A stretch of DNA of 64,000 nucleotides from Psychrobium sp. (GCA_049607155.1 JBMYWG010000005.1:6157-70156); one strand, 5' to 3'; positions 1 through 9,288 are shown, counted from the stretch's first letter. Notes: a model not told the origin generated them from the letters alone. Numbers and translations are program-made.

Positions 1-25
1 TTACGGTAATTATTGGTTTTTCTTT

Positions 26-985
26 ATGGCTACTTCTCACATTTCTAGCCCAATTACATCCAAACTTTCAACCACTTCTCCTTTTGATAAACTCGAACAC
101 ATCGTCGCTATTGGCGGCGGTCATGGTTTAGGTCGCGTGTTATCGTCACTATCTCACTTAGAAGATAAGCTCACTGGCGTAGTGACAACTACTGACAACG
201 GCGGCTCGACAGGTCGCTTGAGAGAAGCTGAAAACTGTATTGCGTGGGGTGATTTGCGCAACTGTATTAATCAGCTCACCACCCGCCCTACTATCGCACG
301 GCAGCTGTTTGAATATCGCTTTAAAGGTAACGGCGAACTAGCGGAACACAATCTTGGCAACCTAATGCTGCTAGCGATGGATCAAATGAGTGTTAGACCT
401 CTCGATGCTATTAATCTCATTCGAGAAATGCTCGATGTAAAAAGCCACATTATTCCAATGTCTGAGCAGCCTACGCACCTAGTGGCTGTTAGCCAAACCA
501 GACAACGCGTATTTGGTGAAACGCATATCGATGAAATGGCAGCCATGCCACAAAGTCTATTGCTAGAGCCTAAGGTAAACGCAACGACAGAAGCCATAGA
601 AGCGATCAAAAAAGCTCAGCTGTTGATTATCGGCCCAGGCAGCCTACTCACAAGTATTATGCCGCCGCTTATCATGCCTGAGATCCAACAAGCGATCGCG
701 CAAAGCAAAGCGAAAAAGATATTTATTACTAATTTAATTGCAGAGAATAGTCCTGCCGGCCATATTTCTAAAAGCGCCTTACTCAAATGGTCTACGGATA
801 TCACGCAACAGGCAGCACCAGATGCTATTTTAATTAATTCGGCGTGCTCTAAAGTTAAGGGAGAATACTACTATCGCGATATCGCTAGTAAAACCTCGCC
901 TTATCACGACAGAGAAAAGTTAAAAGCTGCGCTTATAGATGTTTATAACGAATTATCACTAGCGCAAATGTCGGCGGTTAATTGA
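26..985 (+). CDS. YvcK/CofD-family protein (UPF0052, gluconeogenesis-factor-like)
   Basis: 319-aa ORF with the N-terminal glycine loop IGGGHGLGRVL and the TTTDNGGSTGRLR motif typical of the YvcK/CofD fold. Confidence 0.8.
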   Translation: MATSHISSPITSKLSTTSPFDKLEHIVAIGGGHGLGRVLSSLSHLEDKLTGVVTTTDNGGSTGRLREAENCIAWGDLRNCINQLTTRPTIARQLFEYRFKGNGELAEHNLGNLMLLAMDQMSVRPLDAINLIREMLDVKSHIIPMSEQPTHLVAVSQTRQRVFGETHIDEMAAMPQSLLLEPKVNATTEAIEAIKKAQLLIIGPGSLLTSIMPPLIMPEIQQAIAQSKAKKIFITNLIAENSPAGHISKSALLKWSTDITQQAAPDAILINSACSKVKGEYYYRDIASKTSPYHDREKLKAALIDVYNELSLAQMSAVN

Positions 986-1836
986 TCGACGGCCTGTTGA
1001 TATTTACACAGTGCCGCAGTTAATTGCGGCATTTTTGTTTTAGAGCCCTGCATACAGCCGAGACACCACAACCAGCTTACCAGCGCATAATAGAGCTTAA
1101 AGTACGTTAATCGTTCACTATCAATAACAGTATTTCCTGTTTCTTGTAATGCAGTAATTATCGCTGGTTCAAGGTGATATGGCGCCTCAATCATCAGCGT
1201 TGCATAGTCAAAATAAGCATCGCCCACACTGGCATATTCCCAATCAAGCCAGATAATATTATCCCTACTAATAATCAAATTGCTTAAATTAAGATCGCCA
1301 TGAATTAGCACGTCATTATCAAAGGTAAGGCTATCTACAAGTGCTACCGCACTATTAAAGCGGGTTACGTCCTGTCGCGAAGGTTGTACTATTAGCTGCC
1401 AATAATCATCGATTAAGCTAAGCTTATTCACTGACGGGCGTTTAATGGGACATAACGGTAAGCTTTGATGCAAATGGGTTAATTGAATGGCGATTGTTGT
1501 CAATTGTAAGGAGCTGAGTTCACAGTCTTTGGCGAGGTTACCTTCAATAAAGTCCATCACAATAATTGAAAATGCCCCGTCATCAGTATCAACATTCTCA
1601 ATAGCTATTAGCCTTGGCGCTAAATCCATTGCATGTTGCATGAGCTCGTACTCCTGGCGAGCTAATTGCGCGTCTTGGATACAACGAACCACAGCGCATT
1701 TAAGCACATCATTATCACGATATTGAACCTGATAAAGACGCTGGCTCAACCCACCGTGTAAAGGCGCAACACTAATGACAGAAAAGCCGCTAAAATAGCG
1801 GCTATTACAAAGTAATTGCATACTTAACTCAGGCAT
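943..1836 (-). CDS. APH/choline-kinase-fold phosphotransferase, ThiK-like (putative thiamine/vitamin kinase)
   Basis: Has the HGDLNLSNLI catalytic loop and the LDWEYASVGD motif of the aminoglycoside/choline/thiamine kinase family. Its start (1836) directly abuts the stop of the PnuC-like gene (1837). Confidence 0.7.
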   Translation of the reverse strand: MPELSMQLLCNSRYFSGFSVISVAPLHGGLSQRLYQVQYRDNDVLKCAVVRCIQDAQLARQEYELMQHAMDLAPRLIAIENVDTDDGAFSIIVMDFIEGNLAKDCELSSLQLTTIAIQLTHLHQSLPLCPIKRPSVNKLSLIDDYWQLIVQPSRQDVTRFNSAVALVDSLTFDNDVLIHGDLNLSNLIISRDNIIWLDWEYASVGDAYFDYATLMIEAPYHLEPAIITALQETGNTVIDSERLTYFKLYYALVSWLWCLGCMQGSKTKMPQLTAALCKYQQAVDQLTADICASDNSL

Positions 1837-2469
1837 TTAAGCGCCCTGCGGCTGAGTGACGATGCATTGCTTTTGATATTCCCCGCGCCACTTCATGTAG
1901 CCAAAAACAACCATCAAGCAATAGAACATATAGAGTAATGCAGTTGGATCAAAGCCTTTCGCTATATAGAGATATATAGAGGCAGCATCTATTACCAACC
2001 AATAAACCCAGTTCTCGAGGACTTTTTGGGTAACCATCCAAGTCGTAAATATCGCAAATACCGTGGTAAATGTATCTAAATACGCATAATCTTGACGCGT
2101 ATAATTATCCATTACATAGGCCAAACCAACGCTAAGCACAGACAAGCCGATAATTACCTTTATATGTAACATCACTGACCATGAAGTAATGGTCGGCTCA
2201 TTACCAGCACTATCCTTTTTATGCCACGACCACCAGCCGTACACTGCCATAATAAGATAATAGGCGCTAAGAATAGATTCCATCAATAACGCACTTTCCC
2301 AAAATAGTACGGTATAAATTGTTGTCGAGACAAAAGCCGCAGGCCAACACCATTGGCTCTGTCTCATTGCCAACAGCAAATATGCTACAGCCAAAACTAC
2401 TGCCACTAACTCCCACTTAGAATAAGTGAGTAAGCCTTCAACGGCACCAGACAGAAAATCAATCATCAT
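1837..2469 (-). CDS. PnuC-family vitamin transporter (nicotinamide riboside / thiamine PnuT-like)
   Basis: 210-aa polytopic membrane protein. The Trp/Tyr-rich helices (AVYGWWSW, WVYWLVIDAASIYLY, VVFGYMKW) resemble PnuC. The gene is packed between the YkoF-like and kinase genes. Confidence 0.8.
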   Translation of the reverse strand: MMIDFLSGAVEGLLTYSKWELVAVVLAVAYLLLAMRQSQWCWPAAFVSTTIYTVLFWESALLMESILSAYYLIMAVYGWWSWHKKDSAGNEPTITSWSVMLHIKVIIGLSVLSVGLAYVMDNYTRQDYAYLDTFTTVFAIFTTWMVTQKVLENWVYWLVIDAASIYLYIAKGFDPTALLYMFYCLMVVFGYMKWRGEYQKQCIVTQPQGA

Positions 2470-2728
2470 GAGGCTTTAAGGCAGGATCTAAATCGCTGTT
2501 AATGAACTTACACACGAAAATCATCTTGCCAAAACGCTCGAATGAATCTTTCATTTCTGCGCTAAGCACCTGCATCACCTCATCATGCTCACCAAAGATT
2601 TGTGTGCTCATGGTATTGCAGCTAACTCGCAATTTATCATTAGCTAACAATCGATTAATAAAATCTTTAATCGGCGCAATATATTCTTCGTTGAGGGGGT
2701 AATTGCTAATTTCTACCGATAACATCAT
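2459..2728 (-). CDS. MTH1187/YkoF-like small thiamine-binding-fold protein
   Basis: 89 aa. The pattern SVEIS.YPL..EYIAPIKDFI....MSTQIFGEHDEVMQVL matches my recollection of the MTH1187/YkoF family layout. It overlaps its neighbours by 1 nt and 11 nt, which suggests an operon. Confidence 0.55.
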   Translation of the reverse strand: MMLSVEISNYPLNEEYIAPIKDFINRLLANDKLRVSCNTMSTQIFGEHDEVMQVLSAEMKDSFERFGKMIFVCKFINSDLDPALKPHDD

Positions 2729-4863
2729 TACCAGTTGATCTCCAAGCTAAGATTGACGGTTGCCGGATTGCCCAGTTGTACGTAGTTGTGCTTTTCTGCG
2801 TACAAATCACGAGGATCGTTTTCGAAATAAAAACCGCGGACAGCGTATTCGCGATCAAATACATTATTTGCTGCTAGGTTGAGCTTCCACCCTTGTGCTT
2901 GATAGCCAATTGCAAGATTGGTTACCGCGTAAAAATCAGATTGCTGATTGTGGCCATCTGAATAGTAGAACGAGTCTTTACCCTGCACTTCGACACTGGC
3001 GTAGAAGCCATTATCTGCGTGGTATTTACCGCCAGCGCTAAATTGATATTCTGGCGCGTGGGCAAAATTACGGTTGTGCATATCAAGATTACTACCGTGC
3101 TTATTTACCACCACATAGTCTTTGATGCGGGTGATCAAATAACCAACGTTGTAATACAAATCTAGATTATCGTTGTAGCTATAACGCGTTTCTAATTCAA
3201 TACCATAACCACGACCTGAGCCTGCGTTATCGTTAAAGCCAATAAAAGTTTCCGCACTGTCATCGCCAATTTTGTCTGTTACCCAGCCTTTAAGCTGAGG
3301 ATCTTTACGGTAGTTATAAAACGCCGCTAAACGTACGTTTAGTGCATTGTCAAGGCTACGTCCTTTAACACCAAATTCTGCGCTGTAGAGTGTTTCTGGA
3401 TCGAAAGTCGCGTTATCAGCTAACTGCGATTTTAAAATTGGATCTGTTAAATCACCAGCTTTAGCTAGTGCATCGCCATTTACACCACCCGCTTTATCAC
3501 TGCGCGATAGCGATACATAAGTCATTGCTTGCTCATTAACTTGATTCGTCACATTAAAGTGCAGACCATATAAATTGTCATCGACTTTGCGAGCAACGCC
3601 ATTATTATCCGTATAATCAATGTCATATTGACCAATGCGAGCGCCAAAAGTCATGCTCGTTTTCTCAGATAGCGCGTACTTTAACTCACCATACACCGCT
3701 ACATCACTGTGCTCATTGTCACTACTAAAATCGCTATCAGCATAGGTATAGGTACGTGTTAAACCACTGTCACGCTCGCTTGCATAAACACCGGCAACCC
3801 ATGACGTCGTGTTGTTAAATAAAGATTGTCCTTTAGATAGGAAACGTACATCTAGGTTCGATTGCTTGCGACTGCGTGCATATGCATCAAACGAGCTGTA
3901 TTCCCAATCATGGATCCCTTTGTATGACCAATCTTCGTCATAGCTATAGAGCAAATCACTATCTAGGCTAGATGCTAATACTTGCAATTCAACCGACTCA
4001 AATCCAGTGTAATAAGCGCTCACACCAATCGCTTTAGTGCGCTGTTTATCTTCGCCAGGTTCATCAGATAGCGTCCGGCCATTTTCATCAAGCGACCATG
4101 CGTCATAACCGTTATCCACATCGATATAATGCAACGTCGAGTTAATCACCAAATCGTCAGTCACCTGCCAATTGGTTTTTAGTTTAACGTTACTCTCGTC
4201 TATATCATTAGTGTCTTCACGCTTTAGGTGATCATTGGTTACATAACCATCGCTCTTTTGACTTTGCGCAGAAAGTCTCGCGTTAAAGCTATCGGTCACA
4301 GCGCCACCAACAGCTACGCCTGCGCCAAAAGTGCCGTAATTACCACCCGTTAGCATTACGCGGTTGGTTTGCTCGCTTGTTGCGGCTGTCGAATCAATCG
4401 TAATAATTCCCGCCATCGCATCGTTGCCAAATTGCGTGCCTTGTGGACCGCGATATAAGTTGATTGATTCAACATCGAATAACGCGCCCGCACCACCAAG
4501 ACCAGAATAGTTAATACCGTCGATTAATAAACCGACAGACGGATTGATAGGATCAACAAATTGACTGCGTAAGCCAATACCACGAATTTGAACGAAGTTA
4601 CCGCGACTAGCGCCGCTTGAAAAATTAACGTTAGCGAAATTACCTAACAAATCTTGAGTGTGCATCGCACTGTTTTCAAGAATTTTGTCGGCATCAACAA
4701 CAGAAATGCTGCCAGATGTTTTCATCAGGTTAGCCTGACGGAAGTTAGATGTCACCTCGATCACTTCCATCGCTTTGTCGGTTTGATTACCATTGGCTTG
4801 CGTGTTGGCAAAAGCAGGCGATGAAATAATGGCGAGGCTAATTAGCGATAATGCTGTTTTCAT
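2728..4863 (-). CDS. TonB-dependent outer-membrane receptor
   Basis: Signal peptide MKTALSLISLAIISSPAFA. A plug region (ISVVDADKI, NLYRGPQG) is followed by a long beta-barrel that ends in an aromatic residue (..LSLEINW). The ORF track starts at 4893 (GTG), but ATG 4863 with the signal peptide is more likely. Confidence 0.9.
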   Translation of the reverse strand: MKTALSLISLAIISSPAFANTQANGNQTDKAMEVIEVTSNFRQANLMKTSGSISVVDADKILENSAMHTQDLLGNFANVNFSSGASRGNFVQIRGIGLRSQFVDPINPSVGLLIDGINYSGLGGAGALFDVESINLYRGPQGTQFGNDAMAGIITIDSTAATSEQTNRVMLTGGNYGTFGAGVAVGGAVTDSFNARLSAQSQKSDGYVTNDHLKREDTNDIDESNVKLKTNWQVTDDLVINSTLHYIDVDNGYDAWSLDENGRTLSDEPGEDKQRTKAIGVSAYYTGFESVELQVLASSLDSDLLYSYDEDWSYKGIHDWEYSSFDAYARSRKQSNLDVRFLSKGQSLFNNTTSWVAGVYASERDSGLTRTYTYADSDFSSDNEHSDVAVYGELKYALSEKTSMTFGARIGQYDIDYTDNNGVARKVDDNLYGLHFNVTNQVNEQAMTYVSLSRSDKAGGVNGDALAKAGDLTDPILKSQLADNATFDPETLYSAEFGVKGRSLDNALNVRLAAFYNYRKDPQLKGWVTDKIGDDSAETFIGFNDNAGSGRGYGIELETRYSYNDNLDLYYNVGYLITRIKDYVVVNKHGSNLDMHNRNFAHAPEYQFSAGGKYHADNGFYASVEVQGKDSFYYSDGHNQQSDFYAVTNLAIGYQAQGWKLNLAANNVFDREYAVRGFYFENDPRDLYAEKHNYVQLGNPATVNLSLEINW

Positions 4864-4976
4864 TGATTTTCCAGTTAAAAATAAAGAGTTCACCTTGCAT
4901 GGCGAACGATAAATTAAAGTAACGCGACTATATCTGTCATTGTTATTTAAGCGCTGTGCTACCTTCTTAGGTGTAT

Positions 4977-5945
4977 TTAGCTTTTACTTTTGCGCTTCTT
5001 TTTATAAATTGATTCCAGACCCTCTGGACGAGTCTTTAATATACGCAATATCCACATGTATTGCGTTAAATCTCGCATAATTAAATCTTCTAACAAATGA
5101 TTTAAAAATTGGGCTTCTGATTCCTTACATTCTTCACCGCCAGAACAATCAAACGGCTCTTCAATAGTGAGGTTAAAACGGTGGTACTCCACATCATAAG
5201 CAATATGAATCGGTATAATACGGCCTTTGGTGGCTTTACATAGACGGCTTAGGATTGGGAGAGAGGCTTTTTCAGTGTCAAAAAATGGCGCAAATTCACA
5301 TTTGTCAGCGCCATGGTCTTGATCAGGCAAAAAGAATAAATGCTTGCCTTCTTTCATGCCCTTAAGCATCACGCGAATGCCACCCTCTCGGACATAAACG
5401 CTGTCACAAAAGCGGGTACGCTGTTTTACCGACAGCCAATTATAGATAGGGTTTTTGTGTTGATTGATGAACGTCACCATCGGCATGCCACCAGCCATAA
5501 AATACGTGCCCGCGTATTCTAGGCCCCAGGTATGCCCCGCCACAAAAATGGCCTGTTCACCGTTATCAACCAACTTTTTAAAATGCTCTAAACCTTGAAC
5601 ATTGTAGCGGCTCATGATGTGGCATTTAGAGCGAAACGCCAATTCAGCTTGGCCGAGAACAGACAATAAAAACATCTCAATATTTTTGTAAATCAGCTGC
5701 TTGCGATCTTGCTCTGTCATATCGCTAAAACAGGCTTTGAGATTACAATCAATAACATGAACTGGCTTCTTGGCAATGCGGTAAACAAGCGGCGTTAAAC
5801 GAATGGCAATCCAATCGCGGACCCTGACGGGGGTATAGGCGCAAATCACCAAAAACAAGATCATCAACCAAGTTCCCCAATATTTCGGATGTAAAAAACT
5901 CCACTGGAAAGGAACGTGATAGAGGTATTTGTCCAAACTGCTCAT
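4977..5945 (-). CDS. Lipid A biosynthesis lauroyl/myristoyl acyltransferase (LpxL/LpxM family)
   Basis: The N-terminal FLHPKYWGTWL membrane anchor and the C-terminal QYMWILRILKTRPEG closely parallel E. coli LpxL (..PEQYMWLHRRFKTRPEG). Confidence 0.85.
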   Translation of the reverse strand: MSSLDKYLYHVPFQWSFLHPKYWGTWLMILFLVICAYTPVRVRDWIAIRLTPLVYRIAKKPVHVIDCNLKACFSDMTEQDRKQLIYKNIEMFLLSVLGQAELAFRSKCHIMSRYNVQGLEHFKKLVDNGEQAIFVAGHTWGLEYAGTYFMAGGMPMVTFINQHKNPIYNWLSVKQRTRFCDSVYVREGGIRVMLKGMKEGKHLFFLPDQDHGADKCEFAPFFDTEKASLPILSRLCKATKGRIIPIHIAYDVEYHRFNLTIEEPFDCSGGEECKESEAQFLNHLLEDLIMRDLTQYMWILRILKTRPEGLESIYKKKRKSKS

Positions 5946-6763
5946 TAAAAATCCATTAATTCTTTATTATTTTTACGCTTTGCTCGAAAATAGAGCTGAT
6001 TATCATAAAACTCAGCATTTTCGTTTGCTGGCCACCATCCCGGCACACCTAAAATAGGTAACGGATATAAATTGCTATTATCTTGTAGCAATAAAGCCAA
6101 ATTTTGGGCCAATAGTGTATCTAAATATTGATAACGATCCCAGAACTGCAACTCAAAAAAATCTTCACTAACTTTCAGATACAGCGCTTTGCCCGTAAAG
6201 CCAATATAAGGATCAAGCGCCTTTTCATAGTTGGCATGACCGATCATCGTCGCACTGACCGATTTTTGCCAGCAATCACGATTCTCAACAAAACCCTGAT
6301 GCCACTGATGATTACTCAGCTGCTGCATTATTTCATCATTGGTGTAAGCAATGATCACACCGCATTCATCGAACAGAGTTATGGCATCTCGACAGGGCGA
6401 ACGCTTTTGACTGCCATATTGCGCCATATGTTCCACATGCAAGCGATTCATTTCCCGTTTTGTCTGTGGAAATAGCAAAAAAATAAGTGCATTAAAGAAA
6501 TCATGCCAATTAGCACTGCGCGTTGGAACTAATCCCTGCTGATAAATTCGTTGCTCGTAATAGATACCATCACTAAGCAGCTCATCGGTTTGTTCAACCA
6601 GGGTTAAGGATTGGCCTTGATAATTGACCAAATCATTGGGGAGGAGTTTGTTAAGTTCGTCGCAACTTGGCCACTGTTGCCAGTCCATGTGACCTAAAAG
6701 ACGATCTAAATCATTAAAAAGAGGCGAATTCTTAAAAAAATCAGCTTGCCACTGTTGCATCAC
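5945..6763 (-). CDS. Conserved hypothetical protein (possibly DUF3025-like; family name from memory, unverified)
   Basis: 272-aa ORF with no competing frame. Its stop overlaps the lpxL-type start in a TAATG junction. Confidence 0.6.
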   Translation of the reverse strand: MMQQWQADFFKNSPLFNDLDRLLGHMDWQQWPSCDELNKLLPNDLVNYQGQSLTLVEQTDELLSDGIYYEQRIYQQGLVPTRSANWHDFFNALIFLLFPQTKREMNRLHVEHMAQYGSQKRSPCRDAITLFDECGVIIAYTNDEIMQQLSNHQWHQGFVENRDCWQKSVSATMIGHANYEKALDPYIGFTGKALYLKVSEDFFELQFWDRYQYLDTLLAQNLALLLQDNSNLYPLPILGVPGWWPANENAEFYDNQLYFRAKRKNNKELMDF

Positions 6764-6846
6764 TAATACAAACCATTATACCTTTACTAGATATCGGTAT
6801 TGTAACGCTTTTATATTGCATACCGCCAATTAGGAACAACAAATTT

Positions 6847-7575
6847 ATGATAAAAATAATAAAACGCTCAGCATTTTTAGCGACCTTTATATTTTCGCTG
6901 CCAACATTTGCCGTCACACAAGACATGAATATTCCTGAGAAAGCAGATGCCCTAGCACCTTATCAAGCAAGCTATGCTCTATTTCGCAAAGGTAGTGAGC
7001 TTGGTAAAGGTCACCGCAAACTCAGCAAAGGCGATGTAGGGTACGAACTGTCATCTAGTAGTGCTATCAAATGGCTACTATTATCGGATACTCGTAAAGA
7101 AAATAGTCAATTCTCAATTAAGGAGGGTATCTTTACACCACAAACCTATCGTTATGAACGCACTGGCACAGGCCGAGACCGCCAAGAATCAATTGACTTT
7201 GCTAAAGAAACAGTGACATCTGTTTACAAAAACAACGAAAAGACTTTCCGCCCTATTCAATTGACTTTCGATCCATTAATTTATCAATTAGCATTGCGCA
7301 AAGACTTAATTGATAACAAAAAAGTCCTTTCTTATCACATGGTAAGACGTGGTAAAGAAACCAATTATGTTTTCGAACGCGTTGGCAAAGAAACGGTAAA
7401 AACACCTATTGGTCGTTTTGAAGCAATAAAACTACGCCGTGTTCGTGAAAATTCTAGCCGGAATACGCTAATTTGGGTTGCACCTTCGCTAAATTACAGT
7501 GTCGTAAAGATGACCCAATTTAAAGACGGTCAAGAGCAAGCAGATCTGCAATTAAGCTGGTTGCATTTTGACTAA
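6847..7575 (+). CDS. Secreted hypothetical protein (possibly DUF3108-like; unverified)
   Basis: 242 aa with signal peptide MIKIIKRSAFLATFIFSLPTFA. It is followed by a strong hairpin terminator. Confidence 0.6.
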   Translation: MIKIIKRSAFLATFIFSLPTFAVTQDMNIPEKADALAPYQASYALFRKGSELGKGHRKLSKGDVGYELSSSSAIKWLLLSDTRKENSQFSIKEGIFTPQTYRYERTGTGRDRQESIDFAKETVTSVYKNNEKTFRPIQLTFDPLIYQLALRKDLIDNKKVLSYHMVRRGKETNYVFERVGKETVKTPIGRFEAIKLRRVRENSSRNTLIWVAPSLNYSVVKMTQFKDGQEQADLQLSWLHFD

Positions 7576-7594
7576 GTTGTTATTTTCTCATAAT

Positions 7595-7624
7595 AAAAAT
7601 GCCGCATTATCTGCGGCATTTTTT
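7595..7624. terminator. Bidirectional intrinsic terminator
   Basis: aaaaATGCCGCAttatcTGCGGCATttttt: an 8-bp GC-rich stem flanked by A and T runs, lying between convergent genes. Confidence 0.85.
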
Positions 7625-7628
7625 ATGT

Positions 7629-7973
7629 CTAACGCTTTATCCACCCAATACTCAACAAATACCGAGAACCTTCTTCAACTTTAGTTACGCTGTGCTCACA
7701 AACATCAGGTCTAAATAGCTTAATGCAGCTAATTTCAAATATTGGCGATGCACAAATAAATTCTCCACCACGCGCAGCCTGCTTTAACACAATATTTAAA
7801 CGATAATGTTTACCGCTAGATACCTTATCCACATGAGGGGGGATTTCACTGCCCTCTGGAAATTTAAGCAGGTACATATCAAACTTAATTGGCCAAGTAG
7901 CGCCTGCTAGTAACATCTTGTCATAGCCTGATAATTGACGCCCGCGTTGCCAACGAAATAATTGTTTTAACAA
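7629..7973 (-). CDS. Small 2OG-Fe(II)-oxygenase/cupin-like protein
   Basis: 114 aa with an H-x-D (PPHVD) ... H (CEHSV) arrangement and an RxS-like tail (GSRYLLSIGW), suggesting a minimal double-stranded beta-helix. Confidence 0.45.
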   Translation of the reverse strand: MLKQLFRWQRGRQLSGYDKMLLAGATWPIKFDMYLLKFPEGSEIPPHVDKVSSGKHYRLNIVLKQAARGGEFICASPIFEISCIKLFRPDVCEHSVTKVEEGSRYLLSIGWIKR

Positions 7974-8045
7974 TTGCCCTACCTATGTTTAGCCTAATAA
8001 AAAAGCCAGCACAACGCCGGCTTTGATTTCTGACATAACGTCAGT

Positions 8046-8879
8046 TTACGCTGATTTCATATGCACATCGCGTTGTGGGTAAGGAATAGTAATGCCTTGC
8101 TCATCGAACGCTAGTTTCACTTGCTCGTGCATATCAAAGTAGACGCCCCAGTAATCTGGCGAGTTACACCATACGCGAACAAGCAGGTTTACCGAGCTAT
8201 CGGCATGTTCACTGACATAAATCTCATGGCCGTATTCTTCTTCCAACAGTCGTTTGTCAGCAAGAATGAGATTGCGAATAACCTCTTTCGCTGCCTGAAC
8301 ATTATCTTCATAGCTAATGCCATACGTCATATCCACACGACGAGTTGGCTCAGCAAATAAATTCTTAATTGGACCGTTAGACAACACACCATTTGGAATA
8401 ATCACGCGCTCGTTATCAAGAGTAGTCACAATAGTATTAAAAATTTGAATTTCTTTGATGACACCAACGTACCCCTGAGCATCAACAACATCTCCAACTT
8501 TGAATGGTTTAAAGAATAGAATGAGCACGCCACCAGCAAAATTAGACAACGACCCCTGCAATGCTAAACCAATCGCTAAACCAGCTGCACCAAGAACGGC
8601 CACAAATGACGTTGTTTCAATGCCCACCATAGAGGCGACACTAATAATTAGCATCACTTTTAAACCAACACTAATTAAGCTAGATAAAAAGCGCTCTAAG
8701 GTCGCTTCTACTTTTCGAGCTTGTAGTACTTTTTCTGTACCTTTGACGATTTTTCCAATGATCCAAAAGCCAACTATTAACGTCAAAATTGCCAGCAGCA
8801 ATTTAGGTAAATACAGCATTGCTAATTCGAGGCCTTGATTCATTAACGCCTGTAAATTTTCAGTAGATAAGTTATCCAT
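8046..8879 (-). CDS. Small-conductance mechanosensitive channel (MscS family)
   Basis: 277 aa. It has three N-terminal TM helices, the pore-like helix GAAGLAIGLALQGSLSNFAGGVLIL and the FKVGD beta-domain signature. Confidence 0.9.
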   Translation of the reverse strand: MDNLSTENLQALMNQGLELAMLYLPKLLLAILTLIVGFWIIGKIVKGTEKVLQARKVEATLERFLSSLISVGLKVMLIISVASMVGIETTSFVAVLGAAGLAIGLALQGSLSNFAGGVLILFFKPFKVGDVVDAQGYVGVIKEIQIFNTIVTTLDNERVIIPNGVLSNGPIKNLFAEPTRRVDMTYGISYEDNVQAAKEVIRNLILADKRLLEEEYGHEIYVSEHADSSVNLLVRVWCNSPDYWGVYFDMHEQVKLAFDEQGITIPYPQRDVHMKSA

Positions 8880-9178
8880 AATGGTTCCTTAATAGTTATA
8901 TGAACGGCAGCTATACTCGAACGATTAAACTTAACGAAATATTAACAAATCGCTATTGTTGTCTAATATATTCAAATAGCTACAACACATCTAATAGTAA
9001 ATAATTACGTATAGATTACTAGCAAGAAATTACAATTAGGTGATACATGTATAGTCAACTTAGCTATAAAAAAGATTAAAACAGTTAAATTTAATCAAAT
9101 AATTAGTGGCATATTTTATGAAAGAATGAAAAGTGATAATTAATAGCCTTTTGTCTAATAAATAAATCAAATTAAGCA

Positions 9179-9207
9179 TTGCAATTAGCCACCTGCTCCC
9201 CTAATGT
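9179..9207 (+). promoter_or_regulatory. Candidate sigma70 promoter of the his operon
   Basis: TTGCAA (9179-9184), a 17-nt spacer, then TAATGT (9202-9207). It lies about 35 nt upstream of the leader ORF. Confidence 0.35.
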
Positions 9208-9240
9208 TAAAGCCATCTTAACAAGACAAAATTTAACGAT

Positions 9241-9288
9241 TAATTTACTTATGACCAATCTGCTGAATCTTCATCGCCACCATCATAT
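9241..9288 (+). CDS. hisL: his operon leader peptide (MTNLLNLHRHHHIIR)
   Basis: 15-codon ORF with 4 His among 5 consecutive codons (H-R-H-H-H). It sits about 100 nt upstream of hisG and is followed by alternative pairing segments and a terminator. Confidence 0.55.

Noticed and set aside
4864-4976. Expected TPP (THI-box) riboswitch in the leader of the TonB receptor / PnuC-like / kinase operon
   Set aside because: I read the minus strand of the whole 113-nt leader. I found neither the CUGAGA element nor the ACCCUUUGAACCUGAUC/GGGA-type core, and no convincing multi-stem structure. I therefore do not call a riboswitch. A covariance-model scan is still needed.
8880-9178. 300-bp very AT-rich stretch between mscS and the his promoter, examined for an sRNA, a repeat element or a small ORF
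   Set aside because: I found no terminator-like hairpin, no repeated motif and no plausible ORF with an RBS. It is most simply divergent promoter/UP-element DNA.
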